Below the pieces are notes generated by a model, which did not search any database, had not been told where the DNA came from, and saw only the letters and a list, made by a program, of their open reading frames with translations. A program made the translations under genes and the position numbers. From Candidatus Limnocylindrus sp. (lineage in GTDB: Bacteria > Chloroflexota > Limnocylindria > Limnocylindrales > Limnocylindraceae), in assembly GCA_040397175.1 (NCBI GenBank), contig JBBAWM010000003.1, positions 223,355 to 245,235 on the forward strand: DNA of 21,881 bases. The letters are read 5' to 3'. Of this stretch, positions 14,803 through 21,881 are shown one piece after another. Positions within the stretch are counted from its first letter, which is position 1; every line of letters begins with the position of its first letter.

Positions 14803-17496
14803 ATGACGCGCCGCCTGCCTGCCGCCGTGATGGCGGCTCTTTTTATCTTCGGCGCAATCGCAGCACCCGCCCCCACACGCGCGGTGACAGCAGCTACATC
14901 AGTAGCGCCCGAACCATTTGACTCACTCACCGTTCGCTTCGCCTACAACACCACCGTCGGCACGGCGCTGAGTGACGACGGAAAGACGCGTGAGATCCAA
15001 CTGCGACCTGGCCAAGATGCAGTGACGGCACTCGCCGCATGGGAGCAGGCACCTGGTGTTGTTGGTGTCATTCCTGACATTCAAGCTTTCCCTCTCATTG
15101 ATCCAATCGATCCGCTCTACGCCTCGCAGTGGGACACGCACGCGCCAACATCAGGAAAAGAGGGCGCTGCAAATGTTTCGCCAACGTGGGGCACCACGAC
15201 GGGTGCCGGTGTCGTTGTCGCCGTTATTGATACTGGTCAAACCAACCATCCGGATCTGATCGCAAACATGCCCGAGGGTTGGGGCGTCGACATGATTGAG
15301 AACAGTGCCACCGCACGCGATGGCGACGGACGTGACATGAATCCAACCGACGAGGGAGACTGGTCTTGGTATCCCTCTAGCTGGCATGGCACGCACGTAG
15401 CGGGCACGATTGGTGCGGCGCAGAACGACATCGGCATCAGTGGCATTGCACCGAACGTGTCGATTCAACATGTGCGCGTTCTTGGTGCGGGCGGTGGATC
15501 ATTCAACGATGTCATTGATGGAATTCGCTGGGCCGCGGGTCTCACTACAAGTTGGGACGGGCGCCCATGGAGTGCATTCGGCCTAACAGACAATGCGCAT
15601 CCGGCTGACGTCATCAACATGTCACTTGGTGGCGGTAGCGCCTGCTGGGCGACACTGCAAGATGCGATCTCGCAAGCACGTGCCGCTGGAACCGTTGTCG
15701 TTACGGCGGCGGGGAACAGCTTCCGTGACGCGGCAGACTTCACGCCAGCCAATTGCAACGACACGGTGACCGTCGCAGCGGTAGGTCGAGTTGGCGGTTT
15801 GGCGAACTACTCGAACTACGGGAGCAGCATTGACATTGCCGCACCAGGTGGCGACATGTCTCGCGATTCGGGCATTCTTTCGACGATCGCCACCGGCGCC
15901 AACACGCTCACCGGCTATAGCTACACGAATTATCAAGGCACGAGCATGGCGGCACCACATGTCGCTGGCGTCGCAGCACTCGTTGCGAGCTTGCATCCAA
16001 CATGGGGACCGAGCCAGATTGAAGCGGCGATCTACGCCGGCGCTCGGCCGTTCCCTACCGATACCTTGCGGCCGTGCGTCACCACAAGTGAAACTCCGAC
16101 TGGTTCACAGCATCAATGCGGAGCGGGGCTCCTCGACGCAGTCGGCGCACTCAACATGGGTCAACCAACCATTGTGATCACTGCCCCAGACCGAATGGCG
16201 GTCGGTGAGAGCGCGACCGTCTCCGCGTCAAGCGATTTCCCTGGCGTTGTTACGCTAGTGGTTGCCAGTGAGAGTGCGGCCAATTGCACCTTGGACGGAA
16301 GCACACTTACTGCAACAAGCACAGGAACCTGTGCCCTTAATGCCGCAACCCCCGCCGCCGAGGACCACGTGGCGGCGAGTGCGAGCGTCAACATCGCGAT
16401 CACTGGCACGCCACAAGCGATCAGTTTCGGTGCTGGCCCGCTCCTCACCGAAACGGATGTGCCGTTCGGCGCCACTCCGCCAACGCTCAGCGCCACGGCA
16501 AGCTCAGGGCTGAGCGTGGCCTACGAGATCAGCACGCCGAGCATCTGTGAAGCAATCGCCCCCGCGAGCCCCTCCGAGGCCTGGCGCCTGCGCCTACTGA
16601 CCGTGGGCACCTGCACCGTGCTCGCGACCCAAGCGGGGAACGCCGTGTACGAGCGTGCGCCGTCGATTGAGCGTGGCTTCACCATCGTGCAGGGGAGCCA
16701 GACGATCGGACTCGAGGTCCTGACCGACCGAAGGTTCGACCCAACGATTGCGCAGGCCCTGCCACGCTTCAGCAGCGCCGGTCTGCCAGTTATGTACTCA
16801 GGTCTCTCCAGCAGCGTCTGCGAGCCGCAGTTCAATGGCACCCTCTTTGAGCTCAAGATCTTCCAACCAGGCACCTGCACCATTCGCGCCGATCAGGCCG
16901 GTTCAACCACGTATCACGCAGCGGATTCCATCACACGCACGTTCGAGGTGTTCAAGCTTCCACAAGCGCCACTCCTCTTTGACGCAGGTCCGATCTACCA
17001 CGCTGTTGGTAGCACGAGCGGCTACGGGAACGGCGGCGGCAGTACCAGTGCGCCGTTCCTGGCAACATCGCTCACCCCGTCAATCTGTACCGTCAGCGAA
17101 CGCATCATCCGTTTCCTCAAAGCGGGAACCTGCACGCTGCAAGGCTCAAAAGATGGCGACATGTGGCACCAGCCCGCATACAAGACCATTAGCATCACGG
17201 TCTTCACGCAGGCACGCATCACCGTTGCGCCACGCATTAGCCAAGTCGGCAAGATTGTGTACGGCAAGCGTGGCACCTGGGTTGGTGGCCCAACACCAAG
17301 CTATACGTACCAGTGGTACAGCTGTGCCACTGCACAGCGCACCAAGTGCACGGCAATCAGCGGTGCAACGTCACTGAACCTTTCGGTCACGAGCAAGATC
17401 GTTGGCAAGTACGCCTTCCTGCGCGTCTTCATGTATCAGTACGGAGCGGAACGCGCGCGCACCGATTCGAACGTGATCAAGATTTCGGCGAAGTAG
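14803..17496 (+). CDS. Secreted S8 (subtilisin-like) serine protease with C-terminal Ig-like repeats
   Basis: Signal peptide from ATG 14803. Triad VAVIDTG / HGTHVAG / GTSMAAPHVAG, oxyanion AAGN, DGDGRD.NP.D.GD loop. Four C-x(n)-GTC repeats and a terminal YTYQWYSC domain. Confidence 0.95.
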   Translation: MTRRLPAAVMAALFIFGAIAAPAPTRAVTAATSVAPEPFDSLTVRFAYNTTVGTALSDDGKTREIQLRPGQDAVTALAAWEQAPGVVGVIPDIQAFPLIDPIDPLYASQWDTHAPTSGKEGAANVSPTWGTTTGAGVVVAVIDTGQTNHPDLIANMPEGWGVDMIENSATARDGDGRDMNPTDEGDWSWYPSSWHGTHVAGTIGAAQNDIGISGIAPNVSIQHVRVLGAGGGSFNDVIDGIRWAAGLTTSWDGRPWSAFGLTDNAHPADVINMSLGGGSACWATLQDAISQARAAGTVVVTAAGNSFRDAADFTPANCNDTVTVAAVGRVGGLANYSNYGSSIDIAAPGGDMSRDSGILSTIATGANTLTGYSYTNYQGTSMAAPHVAGVAALVASLHPTWGPSQIEAAIYAGARPFPTDTLRPCVTTSETPTGSQHQCGAGLLDAVGALNMGQPTIVITAPDRMAVGESATVSASSDFPGVVTLVVASESAANCTLDGSTLTATSTGTCALNAATPAAEDHVAASASVNIAITGTPQAISFGAGPLLTETDVPFGATPPTLSATASSGLSVAYEISTPSICEAIAPASPSEAWRLRLLTVGTCTVLATQAGNAVYERAPSIERGFTIVQGSQTIGLEVLTDRRFDPTIAQALPRFSSAGLPVMYSGLSSSVCEPQFNGTLFELKIFQPGTCTIRADQAGSTTYHAADSITRTFEVFKLPQAPLLFDAGPIYHAVGSTSGYGNGGGSTSAPFLATSLTPSICTVSERIIRFLKAGTCTLQGSKDGDMWHQPAYKTISITVFTQARITVAPRISQVGKIVYGKRGTWVGGPTPSYTYQWYSCATAQRTKCTAISGATSLNLSVTSKIVGKYAFLRVFMYQYGAERARTDSNVIKISAK

Positions 17497-18780
17497 ATGG
17501 CGCGCACCACGGCGATCACCAAGAACAACCCGCGCGACCTACGCCTCGTCACCGCTGGCCAAGGCGTTTCGCTCATTGGTGACTCCATCAACCAACTGGC
17601 ACTCCCGATCATGGCGGTCGACCTTCTCGGTGCTGACTCGTTTGGCACCGGTGCGCTTGGCGCAGCGTCGACGCTCGCCTATCTCTTCATTGGGCTGCAG
17701 GCGGGCGTTTGGGTCGATCGGTCGTCGCGACGTGCATTCTTGCTCGCCGCCGACGCGGTGCGCGTGCTTCTGCTGCTCGCCATTCCGCTTGCCTATTTCT
17801 TGAACCTGCTCACGCTTCCGCTGCTCATTGCGATTCAAGTCGGGCTTGGCGCAGCCACTGTGTTTTTCAATGTGGCGTGGCCCGCATATCTGCCGCGGCT
17901 CGCGAGTGGCCCCACACTCCTCAAACTCAACGCGCGCTTGGCGATCATGGGCGAAGGCGCCGGCTTCGTTGGCCCAGGCCTTGCGGGCGCGCTCATCAAT
18001 ATCTTTAGTGCACCCTTTGTGTTGGTGGTGGATGCGATCACCTTTGCGGTGAGCTACGTGAGCTTGCGCGCGATTCGCACGCCGGAGCCGCCGGCACCCA
18101 AGAAACGCAACACCCTTGCGCACGATTTGCAGGAAGGTTTGCGCGCACTTTGGGTCCGACCGAATCTGCGACTCATCACCCTCGAAGCGGTGAACGGCAA
18201 CATCGCGTTTAGCGTGATGATTGGTCAGGCGATCATCTTTCAGCGCATCGACCTTGGCTTTGAGCCGGCGCTGATTGGCGCCGTTGCATCGGCAGGATTT
18301 CTGGGTGGGCTCTTCGGCAGCCTTTCGGCACCCTACCTGGTGAAGCGTGTGGGCTTTGGCCGGCTCATGATCGTTGGCACCGCGCTCTTCGGCATCAACG
18401 AGTTCCTGCTGCCGCTTGCGGCCTTTGTGCCGCGCGACGTAGCACCGCTCTTCTCCCTCGCCAACTTCTTCATCGGCGGGTTCTTCTTGCTCATCTATGT
18501 GGTGCCCGTCACCACCTTCCGGCAGCAGGCGGTTCCCGACCGGCTGCTTGGGCGCATCATGTCGATCAATCGCACCCTCACCTGGGGCTTTGGCGCCACC
18601 TTCGGCTACCTGCTCGGCGGCGTGCTCGGTAACGCCTTCGGCCGCCCTAGCGCCCTCATCGTGGGCGCCGTACTGCAGACCCTCGTCCCCCTGGTGATCT
18701 TCGGATTCGCCCGAATCTGGCGCTACCCAACCATCGAATCTGCCGCCACGTTCGATAACGAGCGGGCAGCCGCCGCCTGA
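17497..18780 (+). CDS. MFS transporter (MFS_3/DHA3-like efflux type)
   Basis: GQGVSLIGD, motif A AGVWVDRSSRR, EGLRAL, RQQAVPDRLLGR; about 12 TM helices. Start abuts the S8 stop. Confidence 0.92.
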   Translation: MARTTAITKNNPRDLRLVTAGQGVSLIGDSINQLALPIMAVDLLGADSFGTGALGAASTLAYLFIGLQAGVWVDRSSRRAFLLAADAVRVLLLLAIPLAYFLNLLTLPLLIAIQVGLGAATVFFNVAWPAYLPRLASGPTLLKLNARLAIMGEGAGFVGPGLAGALINIFSAPFVLVVDAITFAVSYVSLRAIRTPEPPAPKKRNTLAHDLQEGLRALWVRPNLRLITLEAVNGNIAFSVMIGQAIIFQRIDLGFEPALIGAVASAGFLGGLFGSLSAPYLVKRVGFGRLMIVGTALFGINEFLLPLAAFVPRDVAPLFSLANFFIGGFFLLIYVVPVTTFRQQAVPDRLLGRIMSINRTLTWGFGATFGYLLGGVLGNAFGRPSALIVGAVLQTLVPLVIFGFARIWRYPTIESAATFDNERAAAA

Positions 18781-18788
18781 TACGATCC

Positions 18789-18821
18789 CGATACGCTCCG
18801 CCAGCTAGGCGGCGCCTATCG
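18789..18821 (+). promoter_or_regulatory. Imperfect inverted repeat (12 of 14 bp paired, 5-nt loop) just upstream of the RCC1 gene SD
   Basis: CGATACGCTCCGCC-AGCTA-GGCGGCGCCTATCG, followed by AAAGGAG at 18826-18832. No U-tract. Confidence 0.45.
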
Positions 18822-18838
18822 ACCTAAAGGAGCCCGCC

Positions 18839-21571
18839 ATGCCCGCCCGAACCGCCACAGTCAACCCATCGACCACCCGACGCAGCCGCATCGCGGCCCT
18901 CCTCGCCACCCTGCTGATCGGCGGAGCACTCAGCCTCACACCAGCCGGCGCTCCAGCCACCACCAATGCGGCGGCGGCGGCAACAAGCGAGGCAGTCTCG
19001 GCCACCCAGATGGCAGGTGGGGGAAGTGTGCAGTGCGCGATTCGCACCGACCATACGCTTTGGTGCTGGGGGGTTGGTTATGTAGTCGATTTCGACCTCT
19101 TCTTCTTTGCCCCATCAATCGGCCTGATCGGAGCGGGCGGAAAGAATGAACCACAACAGATTGACAGCCGTCGCTGGCTGAGCGTGGCGGTAGGACCGAG
19201 CAATGTCTGCGGGATTGTGATCGCACAAGAGGCAGACACGCGGGGGGCAATCTACTGCTTTGGCCTCAATACACATGGTCAACTTGGCGTCTCACCATCC
19301 ACGGTAAGGAAATCTGTCGAGCCGATGCAAATTGGCGATTCGTCAAACTGGACGCGCGTCGCCGTTGGTGGCACACATATCTGCGCAATTTCGTATCCCG
19401 ATAATTCGCTCTGGTGCCTTGGTGGCAACGCATACAGCCAGCTTGGTCTCGGCAATGGTGACACGACAGACCGATCAGAGCTCCAGAACACCAATAACTC
19501 CGCAAACTCAGTCGTTGCTGGGCAGTTGCACACCTGCTTCTTGGCGAATGGTGTGGCCTACTGCATGGGCGACAACCAGTACGGCCAGCTCGGCCAGGGA
19601 AACACAGGGGGCACATCTGGGGACTTCGTGGTGGTTGATGGCGGACATAAGTTCAGCACCCTAAGTGCGGCCCAAATGTTCACGTGTGGCGTCGCCGTGA
19701 ACTCCACTTCGTTCCCGAGCGACGTTGGCAAGGTGTATTGCTGGGGCAACAATTCCAACGGGGAGACGGGAACCTCGACGGATGTTCAAATTCGTTCAAC
19801 GCCGAGCCCGGTCAATACCGATGTGACGTTCGCCTCGGTAAACGCAAGCGGATACCACACCTGCGGCATTACGACGTTGGGCAAGGTCTTCTGCTGGGGG
19901 TCCAACACGTACGAGGAAACAGGCGAGCCAAAGTCTGTGTCGCTCTCACTCCCGCATCAGGTCGGCACCGCAACAAACTGGGCAGAGGTTGCTCTTAACG
20001 AGTACTCATCATGCGCGCGTACGATCGCGACACGCAGCACTCCGTCCGCGACCTACTGCTGGGGTGATCGGCAGTCGACCGGCATCGGCACTGCAACCTA
20101 CTTCAACGTACCAATCAAATTGCCAGGCACGGGATGGCTTCGCGTTGCCACGAATGGATCCTCGCGTTGCGCGATTCAAGGGAGTGAACTGCCTGGGCGG
20201 CTCTTCTGTTTGGGCGCAAACTATAATGGCGAGGTCGGCAACGCGACCAGGGAGCCCGTTCGCACTCCAACGGAGCTCATCGTTCCAGGGGGTTGGCGAG
20301 AGATTGCAATGGGCTCCTGGTCAACTTGTGGAATCTCGGGTGGAGGAGCTCTCTATTGCTGGGGCTCCAACAGCAGTGGCAGGCTTGGCGTGGGCGATAT
20401 GGAGGACAAGCTCGTTCCGACTCGAGTTGGTAGCGACACAGATTGGTCCAGTATCGCCGTAAGCGGAGGTTCCACCTGTGCCGTTAAGTCGGGCACCGAT
20501 GTGTATTGCTGGGGCTCAGATTATTCGGGAGCGCTCGGAAATGGTGCGGTCTTGACCGAAGATCAGTCATCACCTTCGCAGGTAGATTTCAGCGGCACGG
20601 GGAGCCACGTGTGGCGCAAGGTCAGCGTCGGCCAATCATACGCGTGTGCGCTCGACGATGCGGGGAGGCTGTACTGCTGGGGTGACAACGGCAACAGCAG
20701 CGGACCCTTCGGTGGTTCTGGAATGCTCGGCGACGGAACCACTTCCAATCGCGAGTCGCCTGTTCGCAGCGTTGCGGGGATGCAATTCATTGATGTCACA
20801 GCTGGGGTAGCTTCGACCTGCGGCGTCGCGGTGGGCGGTGCTTCATGGTGCTGGGGTATGAACCTCTACGGCCAACTTGGCAACGGGAGCGCAACTTCCG
20901 ACATACTCTTTTTCATGGGTGGTGTGAACTCGGCGTTTGCCGGAGGCTCAACAGCCCAGGTTGAGGGCGGATGGTGGTCGAACTGCAGCATTAAGCGCGG
21001 CGGTGACCTGTACTGCTGGGGCTTTGCGCTAGCGGGACTCCTGCCTGTCGGGCGCGATGAATCAAGTCCGGTGCCGGCAAAGGTCGGCAGCGGCTTCGTC
21101 AGCGTCGATCTCCCCGCAAGCACGTTCGGTGGCGGCGGATGCGGCATCAAGAGCGACACCACGCTCTGGTGCTGGGGCATTAACTACTTCGGACTCTTCC
21201 AGTCAGGAGTTGCTGACTCCTTTAGCACCCCACAACTCGTGAAGGTGCTCTACCGCAAGCCGGTCGCCGATGGCGGCGCGCAGTTCACTGGCCGTGCCAA
21301 GAAGTACAGCGTGCTCACCGCAGACGCGCCGAACTTCAGCGGCACGCCGATCCCTACAGTCACGTACCAGTGGTACCGCTGCACGAAGGCCGCAAGCGCA
21401 TCGAGCGCAAGCGTGCCAAGCACGTGCACCAAGATCACGAGCGCAACGCGCAGCACCTACACGCTCAAGACGGCGGAGGTGAACAAGTATGTGCGCCTCT
21501 TGATCACCGCCAAGAACAAGGGCGGCACGGTGACCATCTTGACGGCGAGCAGTTCAAAGGTGGCGAACTAG
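18839..21571 (+). CDS. Secreted RCC1/BLIP-II-like repeat protein (14 repeats) with C-terminal Ig-like domain
   Basis: SD AAAGGAG, signal peptide, 14 xxC[WFLM]G repeats (many followed by N..GQLG), and a terminal VTYQWYRC...C..I..AT..TY domain. Confidence 0.92.
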   Translation: MPARTATVNPSTTRRSRIAALLATLLIGGALSLTPAGAPATTNAAAAATSEAVSATQMAGGGSVQCAIRTDHTLWCWGVGYVVDFDLFFFAPSIGLIGAGGKNEPQQIDSRRWLSVAVGPSNVCGIVIAQEADTRGAIYCFGLNTHGQLGVSPSTVRKSVEPMQIGDSSNWTRVAVGGTHICAISYPDNSLWCLGGNAYSQLGLGNGDTTDRSELQNTNNSANSVVAGQLHTCFLANGVAYCMGDNQYGQLGQGNTGGTSGDFVVVDGGHKFSTLSAAQMFTCGVAVNSTSFPSDVGKVYCWGNNSNGETGTSTDVQIRSTPSPVNTDVTFASVNASGYHTCGITTLGKVFCWGSNTYEETGEPKSVSLSLPHQVGTATNWAEVALNEYSSCARTIATRSTPSATYCWGDRQSTGIGTATYFNVPIKLPGTGWLRVATNGSSRCAIQGSELPGRLFCLGANYNGEVGNATREPVRTPTELIVPGGWREIAMGSWSTCGISGGGALYCWGSNSSGRLGVGDMEDKLVPTRVGSDTDWSSIAVSGGSTCAVKSGTDVYCWGSDYSGALGNGAVLTEDQSSPSQVDFSGTGSHVWRKVSVGQSYACALDDAGRLYCWGDNGNSSGPFGGSGMLGDGTTSNRESPVRSVAGMQFIDVTAGVASTCGVAVGGASWCWGMNLYGQLGNGSATSDILFFMGGVNSAFAGGSTAQVEGGWWSNCSIKRGGDLYCWGFALAGLLPVGRDESSPVPAKVGSGFVSVDLPASTFGGGGCGIKSDTTLWCWGINYFGLFQSGVADSFSTPQLVKVLYRKPVADGGAQFTGRAKKYSVLTADAPNFSGTPIPTVTYQWYRCTKAASASSASVPSTCTKITSATRSTYTLKTAEVNKYVRLLITAKNKGGTVTILTASSSKVAN

Positions 21572-21584
21572 TTTCGCTACAGCG

Positions 21585-21881
21585 GTGCTCCACGTTTACC
21601 TGCTCTGTCATAACGAAGAGGTGTTGCTGCCGCACGCGATCGAGCACTATCGCCGTCGCGTGCCTGGCGTGACCTTCACGATTCTCGACAACGAGAGTGA
21701 TGACCGTTCGGTAGCGATCGCCACGGAGCTTGGCTGCACGGTGCAAACGTTTGCAACGAGCGGCAAGCTCAACGACGAAACACTGCAACACCTAAAGAAC
21801 ACGGTGTGGCTTGAGCGCACCGATGGGTGGGTGATCGTTGCCGACATGGACGAGTGGCTCTGCATCACCGAAGCCGACTTA
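21585..21881 (+). CDS. Glycosyltransferase family 2 (GT-A), 3' end outside window
   Basis: Manual translation from GTG 21585: MLHVYLLCHNEEVLLPHAIEHY...ILDNESDDRS...WVIVADMDEW, with GT2 NE, DNxSxD and DxD motifs. Open to the window end. Confidence 0.85.
   Translation, partial: MLHVYLLCHNEEVLLPHAIEHYRRRVPGVTFTILDNESDDRSVAIATELGCTVQTFATSGKLNDETLQHLKNTVWLERTDGWVIVADMDEWLCITEADL

Noticed and set aside
17307-17319. Dyad GTACCA-G-TGGTAC (also at 21364-21376) as a recombination or operator site
   Set aside because: It follows directly from preferred codons for Y-Q-W-Y (TAC CAG TGG TAC), and no recombinase is nearby.
19000-21240. RCC1 protein as a diversity-generating retroelement target
   Set aside because: No reverse transcriptase and no template/variable repeat pair are visible in the window.
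222-21868. Many antisense and alternate-frame ORFs of 60-243 aa (e.g. 6142-6873, 8159-8737, 13714-14295, 16748-17377)
   Set aside because: They are shadows of well-supported genes, expected in high-GC DNA, and show no recognisable motifs.

Overview
A GC-rich (roughly 60-70% by eye), very densely packed stretch of bacterial chromosome with 21 supportable CDSs, two of them truncated by the window edges. I found no rRNA, tRNA, CRISPR array or mobile element. Gene order: murA (5'-truncated, Cys->Asp active-site variant), mreB/mbl-like actin, PHP phosphoesterase, YbhN/UPF0104 flippase-like protein >< nfo (Lys-rich tail), comF <> GNAT, GT4 glycosyltransferase, small membrane protein >< PIG-L deacetylase, small membrane protein, AttH/CrtC-like lipocalin lipoprotein, MMPL transporter, metallophosphoesterase, DedA <> 3-TM hypothetical protein, S8 protease with Ig-like repeats, MFS, 14-repeat RCC1 protein, GT2 (3'-truncated, absent from the ORF track). 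Gene content and style suggest a streamlined monoderm such as freshwater Chloroflexota (Limnocylindria-like); that assignment is inference only. The leading hypothesis is an uncharacterised envelope glycolipid synthesis and export system (GT4 + PIG-L + GNAT + flippases + MMPL + lipocalin lipoprotein). Also notable: two secreted proteins share a basic C-terminal YQWY..C domain, and five genes look leaderless (-10 box, 6 nt, ATG).
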